Shown: positions 48,637 through 58,174, counted from the first letter of the stretch. The stretch: DNA of 60,384 nucleotides from an uncultured virus (IMG/VR IMGVR_UViG_3300027985_001690) (IMGVR_UViG_3300027985_001690), one strand, 5' to 3'. The notes: generated by a model from the sequence alone, not told the origin. Made by a program: numbers and translations.

Positions 48637-49346
48637 CAGTCTCCCTGGATGCAGCAGTAGGAGCCCGGCCACGTCCCCGCGGGGACGCACGTCTCGAATG
48701 GCGGGGGTGCCCAGTATTGCTCCGGGGAGCAGTACCACTTGTGCGAGTAGGTGGTGGAGCTGCAGCTCGGGTCGTAGCCCCGCTTGTACGGCCCGCAGTC
48801 CACGGTGTTGCCGCATCCATCCTCGAGCTCGCCGCAGTACTGGGGGACGTCCTCGCACTTGATAGGGACGCAGCCTCCGCAGACATTGGGGATCCCACCG
48901 CCTCCGCAGGTGGTGTTGGTTGGGCACGATCCACAGTTGATGGTGCCGCCGCACCCGTCCTGGATGGGACCGCAGTCCTTGCCGGCGCTCTGGCACGTGA
49001 TGGGCACACAGACGTCAGGGGCTGCGTCGGGGGCCGCGGAGTCCTCGCCCGCCTCGGGTGCCGCGTCGGGGGGCGTGGGCGCGTCCTCTCCGGCGTCGGC
49101 ATCGGGGGCCGCGGAGTCCTCGCCCGCCTCGGGTGCCGCGTCGGGAGCGGGAGCGTCCTCGTCGGCGTCGGGGATCGCGGAGTCCTCGCCCGCCTCGGGC
49201 AATGCGTCGGGGGGCGTGGGCGCGTCCGCCTCGGCGTCAAGCTCGACGGCGCCGTCGCTGTCCGGCACCGCCCAGCCGGACTCGAACTCGGACCCTCCAC
49301 ACGCGATGAGCAACAACGAAGCGATGACGATGATGATAGTTTTCAA
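48636..49346 (-). CDS. Myxobacterial-style lipoprotein with Asp/Ala repeats and Cys-rich repeats
   Basis: TTG start, LLLIAC lipobox, PDAAPEAGEDSAAPDA repeats, two copies of CVPIxC..CG...DGCG...CG. Confidence 0.75.
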   Translation of the reverse strand: MKTIIIVIASLLLIACGGSEFESGWAVPDSDGAVELDAEADAPTPPDALPEAGEDSAIPDADEDAPAPDAAPEAGEDSAAPDADAGEDAPTPPDAAPEAGEDSAAPDAAPDVCVPITCQSAGKDCGPIQDGCGGTINCGSCPTNTTCGGGGIPNVCGGCVPIKCEDVPQYCGELEDGCGNTVDCGPYKRGYDPSCSSTTYSHKWYCSPEQYWAPPPFETCVPAGTWPGSYCCIQGD

Positions 49347-49663
49347 AGCTCCACCTTCTTTCCCGTGATGCGCTCCACCTCTCGGTCGAGCTCGTCCCAA
49401 AGCTCAGGGTACGCCGGACGACGAAGGATCAACCGATCCTCGAAGTAGCAGTACCCTCGGATCTCTCCCTTCATGGGCCTGGAGATTACGTGCAGGATCT
49501 GGCAATTGCGTCCGACCAGAGACTGCTCGTCCTCGTGCCCGAGCTTGACGTTGTACCAGAGCACCTGGGTGGGCTCGTCGACCATCAGGTAGAGCGGCGT
49601 CTTGCCGTCTTCCATCTTGTGGCCCAGGTCCAGGTCGAAGTTTCCGATGTCGATAGGCTTCAT
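49343..49663 (-). CDS. Hypothetical protein
   Basis: Packed ORF. Confidence 0.6.
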   Translation of the reverse strand: MKPIDIGNFDLDLGHKMEDGKTPLYLMVDEPTQVLWYNVKLGHEDEQSLVGRNCQILHVISRPMKGEIRGYCYFEDRLILRRPAYPELWDELDREVERITGKKVEL

Positions 49664-49666
49664 GTT

Positions 49667-50005
49667 CTAGTTCCTGTTCAGGATGTTGTAGACGCGCTTG
49701 GAAAAATCGGCGACGTGTCCGTCGAACAAATCCGATCGTTCGCACTGCCTGGTGCACCAGCGGTTCATGAGCGATGGGTCAGAAATCGGCTCTGCGCTCG
49801 GTTTTGCGTCCGTTCCCTCGAAAGTGATGGCGGTCTCCATCGGACCAGGGGCATCCCCCAACTCGTCGTCAGCCAGGTACACCTTGTCGTCGACATCTTC
49901 GCTCAGCTGCATGAAAGGTCGACCAGCGATGCCCCATGCCTTGTTGCACTTTCCGTCGCACACGACGGTGCACTTTTTGCCAAAATAGATGATTGACTTG
50001 TACAT
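49667..50005 (-). CDS. Cys-containing hypothetical phage protein
   Basis: CDGKCNKAWG...NRWCTRQCERS; TGATG coupling. Confidence 0.65.
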   Translation of the reverse strand: MYKSIIYFGKKCTVVCDGKCNKAWGIAGRPFMQLSEDVDDKVYLADDELGDAPGPMETAITFEGTDAKPSAEPISDPSLMNRWCTRQCERSDLFDGHVADFSKRVYNILNRN

Positions 50006-51273
50006 CAGGCTGCAGCCTTTCTCGATCGAAGCACCGCTCGGTGAACCGCGGCGACAGCGAGCCGCCGGGTGGATGTGTTGTCCTTCGCCGCCGCGGCCAG
50101 GACCACGGTCGCCGGCGCGCAATCGACGTCGACGTACTCCGGGAGATGCCGAGCGACCCAGGCGTATGTGCCGGGCTTGCAGTTGCCAACCGACAGGCTG
50201 TCCTTGATGCACACCTGAATAGCATCGAGGTCCAGGTCGGGCCAAACACTCGACCAGTCACCGGACTCGATGGCCTGGTCCCGCATCACCTGCCGATTGA
50301 CTCGACGGTCAGAAGCTCGGCGCTTCGCCACACGGTACGCGCCTTCAATTGTCGGACCATGCACCCAGGGGTCGTTTGGCGATAGCCGTAGGATGACGCC
50401 GGCGCCTTCGTACAGGTACGTCCCCCGGCTCTGTCCGCACCACTTCGCCTCGTAGGCCTCTACAGTGGCGCACGGCAGCTTGGACTTGATGGGCGCGGCG
50501 TCGAGCGTGAGCAGTCCGTCAATGAGGGCGATGCCCTTGGCAGCGACGCGCTTCGGCCAGTTGCGAGCGAGCCAGAACTGATGGGCCGACGCCGTCCCGC
50601 TACGCCCCTTGCCCTTGTTGTCCCAAACGACGTTGGCAACGGAGTGGACCCCAGGTGCTCGATCATGGTGCTCGGCGACGTAGACGCTGGTGGAGTGGCC
50701 GGCGTCGTCGACCCACCTGGAGGCGACCGCTTGACGGAAGTCGGCTCGGTTGTAGTAGGGCATGAATGCCTTGGCCAAGCTTTTGCGCTCCGCGGACTGC
50801 TTCGCCTTGATCAACGCCGCCCGCTTGGCCTCCTGCTTTGCAAGCACCCATCCAGATTTCCGATTCTCCAAAGGGTCGGTCCGGGACTGGAGATTACGGA
50901 GACGAGCTGCTCGGACCCTGGCCATCTGGCTGTGGCTCGGCAGACGGGCTGCCGTTCGATCCATCTGCTCGTTGGTCTCGAGGTTGCGCGCGTTCGTGTA
51001 TTGGGCGAACAGGACGTCGTGCATTTCCCTCAGCGCTCGGTAGCGCCACGTCTCGTATGCGCTCACCCCGTATCGGTACAGGCACCCGAGTTTGACCGAA
51101 TTGATCAGCTTCGAGTATCGCTCGTTGATCGCCTCGAGGGCCGGTGTCGCGTTGCGTAGGATTTGTTCATATTCGCTCGTCGTGATCGTCGGTCTCCTTG
51201 CCCCGGTCTTCCGGGGCGTTTCGCCTGACACCGCGTCAGGCAGGGGATACACACAGTAGCAGGCCTGCATCAC
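50005..51273 (-). CDS. Hypothetical protein (true start possibly ATC at ~51186 after AAGGAG)
   Basis: Long ORF; C-terminal SVGNCKPG motif. Confidence 0.6.
   Translation of the reverse strand: MMQACYCVYPLPDAVSGETPRKTGARRPTITTSEYEQILRNATPALEAINERYSKLINSVKLGCLYRYGVSAYETWRYRALREMHDVLFAQYTNARNLETNEQMDRTAARLPSHSQMARVRAARLRNLQSRTDPLENRKSGWVLAKQEAKRAALIKAKQSAERKSLAKAFMPYYNRADFRQAVASRWVDDAGHSTSVYVAEHHDRAPGVHSVANVVWDNKGKGRSGTASAHQFWLARNWPKRVAAKGIALIDGLLTLDAAPIKSKLPCATVEAYEAKWCGQSRGTYLYEGAGVILRLSPNDPWVHGPTIEGAYRVAKRRASDRRVNRQVMRDQAIESGDWSSVWPDLDLDAIQVCIKDSLSVGNCKPGTYAWVARHLPEYVDVDCAPATVVLAAAAKDNTSTRRLAVAAVHRAVLRSRKAAA
51194..51244 (-). promoter_or_regulatory. Structured leader motif, copy 1
   Basis: Two hairpins joined by GAAAC and ending in AAGGAG; covaries with 53680-53730. 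Confidence 0.75.
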
Positions 51274-53672
51274 ACGTCAAGGCGGTATTCGGTGTCGCAC
51301 CTCCCGCAGAGCATTGCCCCGTGCAGGGAGCCTCCGTGGGCCTCCGAGACGGTCTCCACGCTGCCGCAGCTGGCGCACTCGCCGATTACGTCGTCGGCGC
51401 TCTCGGGCTCCCAGTCCTCCCCGGTCGCGATGCGCTCGGCGCGCTCCTGCTCGCGGAGCTTGCGCGCCTGGCGGACCTCGGCGGGCGTCAGCGGGACGAT
51501 ATCGACGACCATGTCAAACCGCGCCTTGAGGTCGGCGAGACGCCCCGCGTAGGACGATTTCTGCTCGTCGGTGCAGAAGCACTTGCCGCGATGCCACCCG
51601 CACGCGCAGGGGTTCGCGGAGGCGACCAGTCGCGCGGTCGCCGGCATTGTGCCGACGTGACCCTCTTTGAGAGCGACGAACAGGGAGTCAAGCGTGGACC
51701 GGCGGAACTCCTGCACCTCGTCCAGGTACAGAATGCCGTGCGTGGCGAGGGAGACCTCACCAGGGCGCGAGCCACGAGACATGCTGGACTGACCGAACAG
51801 CCCGGCGTCGCTGACGGTGTGATGCGGGGCGCGGAAAGGTCGCTCAGAGACCATCGGACGGTGGACGTCCAGGTATCCTCCCGCAGAGTGGACGGCGCTG
51901 ACCTCCAGAGCCTCGGCCTCGGTCATCACCGGCAGCACGCCAGGGAGCCGGCGCGCGATCATGGTCCGACCGCAGCCAGCGGGGCCAACCATCAGGACTG
52001 ACTTGCCAGCGCGGACAGCGGCTGAAATCTGCTCCAACACCTCGTCGCGGCCCACCACGTCGTCCATGTCGAGGCTGCAGGGCCTGGACAGAGCGCCGGT
52101 AGCCTCCTCAGCGTCGAGGGAGGAGCGACCCGCGAAGTGGTCCAGCACCTCGGACAGCTGCGCGGCGCAACGGACGGTGATGCCTCGGACAGCACGCGCC
52201 TCGTGCACGTTGGCGCGAGGGACGATGATCTCGCGCATGCCAGCATCCCTCGCTGCAAGCGTCATCGGGAGCACCCCGCGAACCGGGTGGACTGCACCGG
52301 ACAGCGAAAGCTCACCGATGACGGCCACGTCCGAAGGGACCGGAGAGCCAGCGACCGCAAGCGCCGCGGCCACGTCCACAGCGGTGGAGTGCCTGCCCTC
52401 GATCCTGAGCGATGTCCCGTTGCCGCTGCGGTCGCCCTGGTGGGCCAAGCGGGCGTGGACGCCGCAAGCGCGCAGAGAAGCCCCGACGCGGGCGCGTAGC
52501 TCCCTCTCGCAGCCGTCGCCGTCCTTCCAGACGATCGGCGTCTGGGCGGTGTTGTCCACCCGAACAGTGACCCTGTGCGCGGCGATGCCGTCGACCGCAT
52601 ACGAGACCACCACGTCAACGCGATTTTCGGGCGCGTAGGGCGACGAGTCGACCGTGGGTCGCTCTCCCCCGCCCTGCTCGTTCTCGTGGGCCGCAGCCTG
52701 CCAGCCCTCGCGCTCCAGGTTGCTCTTGGGGCTGTCGAGATCCTTGATGGACTCCCACTTGCACCACATGACCCAGCCATGATGTCGGCGCTCGTCGTCC
52801 GTCGCAGTAGCGATCGACGTTGCTGGCTTCGCCAGCATGCGGGCGACGTACACATGCCCCTCACCCCGCATCGCGGCAGCGCGGGCGTCGTCGAGCAGGT
52901 CTGCCGCGGTCTGGTCGCCTTGCGACTCCAGCGCCTCGATCGCGTCCATGACCTTGCGCTCCAACTCTGCGCGGAGCGACTTGGGATGCTGGACCACGAC
53001 AGCCTTGGCGAGGGCGACGACGTCGGCGTTGACGGCAATCCCGGCGGCGAGCGCCTGTTGCTCGTCGTGGTGGCGGTCCATCGCGGGGCGCAAGCTCTTG
53101 CGGTAGTCAGCGGCCACCTGATCGGTGGTCTGCGACAGCACCTCTGCGGTCACCTTGCGCGCCATGCACGGCTCGTCATGGCGGTGGATGCGGCAGGTCA
53201 GGTGCTCGCCGAGGGTCGCGACGTCCTGCCGATCGTCGATGCCGTACGGTGCGAGCACCTCGCGCAGCCCGTAATCGTCCAGCGTCTCGCAGAAGAACGA
53301 GACGTCGGAGTGCACTCGATCCTCCACCGTCTCCCCCATGAACAGGTAGCCGTCCTCGCTCATGCATTCGGAGACGTTCTCCAGGGCGCAGTGCACCAGG
53401 TGGCGCACGATCGGCTCGACCACGGGGCGAAGCTGGTCGAGGAAAGCGTCGGAGGCGGCGCGACCGGCTTCCGTGGCGACCAGGACGGCGTTGTATCGAG
53501 TGCCGATGCCAAGGGGACCACGCCCCGCCGGGTCGACGCGGTCGACGCGGAGCAACTCGCGCCGCAGCAACGATCCCACGGTGGACCCGTGGGGGCGGGC
53601 GCGCAGGCCGATGGTGGTGTGGAGGAGGGCGACGATCTGCTTCGCGGAGAGGGACTTGGTCGTGCGTTTCAT
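51270..53672 (-). CDS. Unknown N-terminal region fused to a truncated ComM/YifB Mg-chelatase-like AAA+ protein
   Basis: IGELSLSGAVHPVRGVLP, PFRAPHHTVS, RPGEVSLATHGILYLDE, ASANPCACG; Walker A GPAGCGRT. Confidence 0.85.
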   Translation of the reverse strand: MKRTTKSLSAKQIVALLHTTIGLRARPHGSTVGSLLRRELLRVDRVDPAGRGPLGIGTRYNAVLVATEAGRAASDAFLDQLRPVVEPIVRHLVHCALENVSECMSEDGYLFMGETVEDRVHSDVSFFCETLDDYGLREVLAPYGIDDRQDVATLGEHLTCRIHRHDEPCMARKVTAEVLSQTTDQVAADYRKSLRPAMDRHHDEQQALAAGIAVNADVVALAKAVVVQHPKSLRAELERKVMDAIEALESQGDQTAADLLDDARAAAMRGEGHVYVARMLAKPATSIATATDDERRHHGWVMWCKWESIKDLDSPKSNLEREGWQAAAHENEQGGGERPTVDSSPYAPENRVDVVVSYAVDGIAAHRVTVRVDNTAQTPIVWKDGDGCERELRARVGASLRACGVHARLAHQGDRSGNGTSLRIEGRHSTAVDVAAALAVAGSPVPSDVAVIGELSLSGAVHPVRGVLPMTLAARDAGMREIIVPRANVHEARAVRGITVRCAAQLSEVLDHFAGRSSLDAEEATGALSRPCSLDMDDVVGRDEVLEQISAAVRAGKSVLMVGPAGCGRTMIARRLPGVLPVMTEAEALEVSAVHSAGGYLDVHRPMVSERPFRAPHHTVSDAGLFGQSSMSRGSRPGEVSLATHGILYLDEVQEFRRSTLDSLFVALKEGHVGTMPATARLVASANPCACGWHRGKCFCTDEQKSSYAGRLADLKARFDMVVDIVPLTPAEVRQARKLREQERAERIATGEDWEPESADDVIGECASCGSVETVSEAHGGSLHGAMLCGRCDTEYRLDV

Positions 53673-53679
53673 CTCGGGG

Positions 53680-53730
53680 CTCCTTGCCCTGGTCTTCCAG
53701 GGCGTTTCGCCGGGCACCGCGCCCGGCAGG
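53680..53730 (-). promoter_or_regulatory. Structured leader motif, copy 2
   Basis: Same architecture as copy 1, AAGGAG 7 nt before ATG 53672. Confidence 0.75.
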
Positions 53731-53861
53731 TCAGCGTAGCGTGAATTGTCAGGGTGAGTGTCAAGCCTAGCCCCGCGCTACACCGCGTGCAACCACAATC
53801 GACCCCGCACGCGTAAGTACCCGTAACCAGGCGGCTTTACGACGCACCGCCGGCTACCACG

Positions 53862-53969
53862 CGCGCCCGCGTAAGCCCCCCGCGCCCGCGTAAGCCCCCC
53901 GCGCCCGCGTAAGCCCCCCGCGCCCGCGTAAGCCCCCCGCGCCCGCGTAGCCCCCCCGCGTAGCCCCCC
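53862..53969. repeat. 19-bp tandem repeat CGCGCCCGCGTAAGCCCCC: four perfect plus two degenerate copies
   Basis: Direct reading; intergenic; no spacers. Confidence 0.95.
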
Positions 53970-53974
53970 TGGAG

Positions 53975-54568
53975 CTATCCGGCGTCCGGGTCGAACATGT
54001 CCGCGAACGCGTCGACCAGGTCACGATCGTCGTCGCCCTCCCACACGTCCACCCACCGTCCCGAGAGCGCATCGCCGTCGTGCCACTCGGCCAGCCGTCG
54101 CGCGGTCAGCCTGGTGGGCAGCTCCACCTCGTCCATCGGGTACGTCTGCAGCGTGTAGCGCGGCCAGTCGTCGCTCTGGTCAGTGACGATGAGCTTGACG
54201 ATCCGATCGCCAACTGGCGTCGGAACCAGGAATACGATGCTCGCGCCCTCGTCGTTGCCGTATGTGACGTCCACCGCAAGCTTCGCGTCCTTGCCCAGCG
54301 ACTTCGGGAAGGTCAGGCCACGCTTACCGGTCGACTCCGATGCCATCCGATACCACACGTGCCACACCTGGCCGGTGATGTCGTTCGGCTCGGACACGAC
54401 CTTGAACTCCAACTCGCCGGGGTCGTCATCAAACAGGAAGCCTTGCTGCTCCAGAACCGCCTGGACGCTGGCGTGGTCGGCTTTCGCTGCGTATTTCCAG
54501 AGCTTTGGATCCGGTTCTACGTGTGATTCTAGCTCGGTCCAACCAGTGGCTTCGGAGGGGATATCCAT
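53975..54568 (-). CDS. Acidic hypothetical protein
   Basis: 197-aa ORF with coding-like codon use. Confidence 0.65.
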   Translation of the reverse strand: MDIPSEATGWTELESHVEPDPKLWKYAAKADHASVQAVLEQQGFLFDDDPGELEFKVVSEPNDITGQVWHVWYRMASESTGKRGLTFPKSLGKDAKLAVDVTYGNDEGASIVFLVPTPVGDRIVKLIVTDQSDDWPRYTLQTYPMDEVELPTRLTARRLAEWHDGDALSGRWVDVWEGDDDRDLVDAFADMFDPDAG

Positions 54569-54599
54569 GCGAGGATTCTCCCGCCGTTCCTCGAGGAAA

Positions 54600-55307
54600 T
54601 CAAGCTGACTTCGTTCGAGACTTCGCCCGGCTGAGAATCTCGTATATCACGTCGATGTTGGCCCCCAGATGCTGCAGCAAACCGAGAGGCTTTCCGCACC
54701 GGCTCAAGAACCGAAAGGCACCTATTTGCTCGACCTTCACATCAGTGGAAGGCATCGGTATTCCGACCGGAACTGGGGCGCAAATACCCTCGAAGTACGC
54801 CACCAGGATCCTCGTCGGAATCGAAACCTTGAAGGTCCCTCCCGGGTAATTTCCTCGGTCCTCATGCCATTCGATCGTGATGAACGGATCTCGAGGTCCC
54901 AGGCTGTACACATTGGCTTTGGTGAACGGTAGCGGCATTCGAGGATATGTGACGAACGGCTTCCGGATCAAAAGTCGCTCCCTTTCGAACACGACTCCAA
55001 GGCGCTCGGAAACCACCTTGCAGATCGCCGCCCAAAGCAACTCCGCTGGAACCCAGCAGGAGAACTGGTAGCCGCTTGGACAAGTGATTTCCCAGTCTCG
55101 CGTGTCCCAAGCCAGGAACACGAAGTCTGTGTTCTTGATCGGCGTGGCCGGCCTGGCTGCTTCTTCTCGGTTTCTCTCGGGTATCCATCGAACCGCCGTG
55201 AGCGGACCCCATTCGGTCGCCTGAAAGGTGAGGATGCTGTAGATCTCGTCGTCCGTTAGGTTGTCGTTTCGAATTGCGTTGGTCGCTTCATGAATGTCGT
55301 TCGGCAT
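54600..55307 (-). CDS. Hypothetical protein
   Basis: AAGGAG RBS before MPNDIH. Confidence 0.65.
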   Translation of the reverse strand: MPNDIHEATNAIRNDNLTDDEIYSILTFQATEWGPLTAVRWIPERNREEAARPATPIKNTDFVFLAWDTRDWEITCPSGYQFSCWVPAELLWAAICKVVSERLGVVFERERLLIRKPFVTYPRMPLPFTKANVYSLGPRDPFITIEWHEDRGNYPGGTFKVSIPTRILVAYFEGICAPVPVGIPMPSTDVKVEQIGAFRFLSRCGKPLGLLQHLGANIDVIYEILSRAKSRTKSA

Positions 55308-55337
55308 CGTTATCTCCTTGGTACCTATCATCACCAG

Positions 55338-55763
55338 TTACCGGTGAATCGTTTGTTGGAGTTGGAAGGCGCACGCGTGACCGCACACGTCTCCCTGGGG
55401 CGTCGTGAAGGCTGCCGGCTGTTTGCACACCTCGCATTTCCTGCCGAGGAACGAAGGCGAGGCCTTGAACGAGCAATCGTCGTTGCACACGTAAAATCCT
55501 TGTCCATTCCTCACTTTCGTTGGCTTCGAACATGCGATGCATGGCGCATCCAAACGATCATCATCCGGATAGAGAGTATCCGGATCCAGAGTGAAGTCAG
55601 TGACTTTGGATGACCTATCGCGAAGCTCGGCCACACAACGATCGGCCAGCGCCCATGGCGACATGGGATCGTCACCGACGATGGCCAAGCACCCTGGGAT
55701 GGCGGCGACGACGGCATTCGACCAAAGCTCTTGTTCTTCCTTGTTTAGGAACCTGTTGGACAC
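55338..55763 (-). CDS. Zn-finger-like hypothetical protein
   Basis: CIAC, CNDDC, CEVC, CGHAC; GAGG RBS. Confidence 0.6.
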   Translation of the reverse strand: MSNRFLNKEEQELWSNAVVAAIPGCLAIVGDDPMSPWALADRCVAELRDRSSKVTDFTLDPDTLYPDDDRLDAPCIACSKPTKVRNGQGFYVCNDDCSFKASPSFLGRKCEVCKQPAAFTTPQGDVCGHACAFQLQQTIHR

Positions 55764-55766
55764 GTC

Positions 55767-56015
55767 TCACCTCCCTATCATCGCGAGCAGCTGCTCGGGC
55801 TTGAAACCTTCTTCCGAGGCCTCCGCTCGCACGTGGCAGTCGGCGCAGAGCGACACCCCGTTGCTTTCCACGTATCCGCCATCCGTCGCCACGTCGCGGG
55901 ACACAATGTGGTGCGCGTCGACTGCGGTCGCCCCACATGCGACGCACCGCCATAGGTCACGCGTAAATACGGCATCTCGGAACGCTGCCCGTTTCGCTTT
56001 TTTTGCGAGGCTCAT
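55767..56015 (-). CDS. HNH endonuclease
   Basis: RDLWRCVACG..DAHHI..NGVSLCADCH. Confidence 0.88.
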   Translation of the reverse strand: MSLAKKAKRAAFRDAVFTRDLWRCVACGATAVDAHHIVSRDVATDGGYVESNGVSLCADCHVRAEASEEGFKPEQLLAMIGR

Positions 56016-56112
56016 GGCGATACTACGTAATCCCTCATCAATCCGCACGCAACCGCAAGTACCACAACTCCAACACGTCCCTGTAGCACGGTCGACGCAT
56101 TGATGCTACTGC

Positions 56113-56616
56113 ATGAACATGAAGACGAAGCAGACGTGCAGGTGCCACCGGAAAACCATAGAATTCGATGCGCCGGATCCCTACAACTGGTCTCTGTGTG
56201 CCAGGCTCGCCATCGAGGCAGGCTGGATATCTGGTGTCCCCGATCCCATTCTACATCCGGACGAGGTCCACGCGTACTGCTCCACGAGGTGCAGGGACAT
56301 GGACGCGGCCCTGGTTCGCCACCATCGGCCCATGAACTACCGATCCATCATCGGGCTGTACGATCTCGACCCGGATGACCTGCATGGGGCGCTGCGGGCC
56401 GCAGACGGCGTCGAAGGGGATAGGGTCCACCTCGTCCGATGCGTCACGTGGCTGCTGGAGAACCCCGCGGAGAACGAGCGGGGCAAGCGACACCTTGCGA
56501 TGCTGCTCGAAGAACGAAGGGCCTGCAAAAACAGGATGGAGTGGCTCGTGCGAAGGGCCGACCGCATCAAGCGAACCGAGCAGGCGCTGCTCGAAGGCCG
56601 AACCATCGACTTCTGA
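56113..56616 (+). CDS. Hypothetical protein
   Basis: YCSTRC motif and coiled-coil C-terminus. Confidence 0.6.
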   Translation: MNMKTKQTCRCHRKTIEFDAPDPYNWSLCARLAIEAGWISGVPDPILHPDEVHAYCSTRCRDMDAALVRHHRPMNYRSIIGLYDLDPDDLHGALRAADGVEGDRVHLVRCVTWLLENPAENERGKRHLAMLLEERRACKNRMEWLVRRADRIKRTEQALLEGRTIDF

Positions 56617-57054
56617 GGTGTGGGCGTCCTTCCCAAGGACAATTCGTAACAATTACGTCTATTTACCGCTGCCCCGGACGCAGTGGCCACCGCTGGAAAC
56701 CGCTTGATTTCGCGCTTGGCTCGAGGCTTGGGCGGCGCACGCAGCGAGTTTCTACAGCGGTGCCGTGCCCGTGATGGCGCGCGCACCAGCGCGGGCACCA
56801 GAGCGGCCACCAGAGCATCCACCTGGTTGGTACACCGCGCATCAGAGCCCGACTTCAAGGCCCTTCGAAGGGGGTTCGGCGGGCCAACTCGAGCTTCGTT
56901 TCTCGGCATGTCCTATGAAACAAGCGGTTTCGATGACTGGCCGTCGTGGCCGTGTCAATTACGCACAATGTACGTTGTGACGACTTGACCCTCGGGAGGG
57001 CCCCAATGACGTGCAGCCTTGCTACTCCCTTGTTCCTGTGCTACCACCCCCTGG

Positions 57055-57333
57055 ATGAGCACCAAGAGGATGACTTCGGTGACGGTCCTGGGCGTGACCT
57101 TCCGGCGTGCGGGTAAGGACCAATGGCTGGGAGGCGACGATCTGGTCGTCAGCCGGATCGACTCGGAGAGGTGGGGATGGTGGGTCGGGCTGAAGCCGTC
57201 CCCCGTCCCGGTAAACGTCCCGGTGGCCACGGCGAGCGGGGAGAGCTCCTCCATGATTCAGGCCATGCGGGACGCGATTCTATCCGGAGGCAACATTTCA
57301 TCGTCGGCCCCTACCCCCCCGGTGCTGAACTAG
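57055..57333 (+). CDS. Hypothetical protein
   Basis: Coding-like ORF in the rightward block. Confidence 0.5.
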   Translation: MSTKRMTSVTVLGVTFRRAGKDQWLGGDDLVVSRIDSERWGWWVGLKPSPVPVNVPVATASGESSSMIQAMRDAILSGGNISSSAPTPPVLN

Positions 57334-57388
57334 CCCGTGGAGGCGGGAAGCCAGGGGTCCAGATCGATTTTGAGAAGGAGCGACAAGC

Positions 57389-58174
57389 ATGAGCGCGTCT
57401 TGGTTTTTCATTGCTATGCTTCCGGCGACGTGCCTGGGAGCATACGTCATCGGCACATGGTTCTCGAGGCGTTGGTTGACACCGTATCTGGCACCGCGCC
57501 GGGACACCGAGGTGAACATCGAGTGCCCGAACTGCCACCGCATGATCACCCGGGTCATGGCGGCGGCGGGCGAGCTCCGAGTCCAGTGCGTCTGTGGCAC
57601 CGAGGCCTTCATCAAGGTGGATTGGGACCAAACGATTCCGCCGGCCAGGGGCACCGTGTGGCCGTGCCCGGAAACCATCCCACCGCCGCCCCCTCGCCCG
57701 TCGTGGGTTCTCAGGACCCAGCAGCCGCCGGTATGGATTGCGTTCGAGCCGGGTCTCGTGCCTTCGCCGAAGGGCGGGGAGGACGTCTACGTATCTTCGG
57801 CTCCCGCCGGATTGGCGACCAACGTTATACCTCCGTACGATACGTTCATCCGAATTGGCGTGGTCGACGATGCCTCGGAGTACGAGACGAGGGGTGGCTG
57901 CTACGTCAACGTGGTCCCCGACTGCACCTACGGAATACGCGACCCGCTCGCGCCTTGCGGGGAGTTCAGACCTGGATTCCCCAAGGGATCATGCATCGGC
58001 GACGGGCACCACCTGTGCCGGGAGTGCTCCAGGTTCGATCCAAGGGAGCACGCGCAAGATCCATGCGATCGGTGCAACGGAACCGGCATCCGCCATTTGG
58101 GAGGTGGACTTTCGTGCTCGTGCAAATGCGGCTCGTCGGAGGAAGACCATGGGCCTGATACATCGGAACAGTGA
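57389..58174 (+). CDS. N-terminal TM plus multi-CxxC hypothetical protein
   Basis: AAGGAG RBS; CPNC, CVC, CREC, CDRCNGTG. Confidence 0.6.
   Translation: MSASWFFIAMLPATCLGAYVIGTWFSRRWLTPYLAPRRDTEVNIECPNCHRMITRVMAAAGELRVQCVCGTEAFIKVDWDQTIPPARGTVWPCPETIPPPPPRPSWVLRTQQPPVWIAFEPGLVPSPKGGEDVYVSSAPAGLATNVIPPYDTFIRIGVVDDASEYETRGGCYVNVVPDCTYGIRDPLAPCGEFRPGFPKGSCIGDGHHLCRECSRFDPREHAQDPCDRCNGTGIRHLGGGLSCSCKCGSSEEDHGPDTSEQ

Noticed and set aside
51194..53730. Canonical active hammerhead ribozyme
   Set aside because: CUGANGA core and NUH cleavage triplet are not intact; kept only as an unassigned structured motif
53735..53764. Sigma70 promoter (TTGACA...TACGCT) on the minus strand
   Set aside because: Spacer is about 20 bp, too long to support a call
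53862..53969. CRISPR array
   Set aside because: Units are contiguous with no spacers, and no cas genes are present
56620..57050. Overlapping short ORFs on both strands
   Set aside because: No motif, RBS or coupling favours any frame
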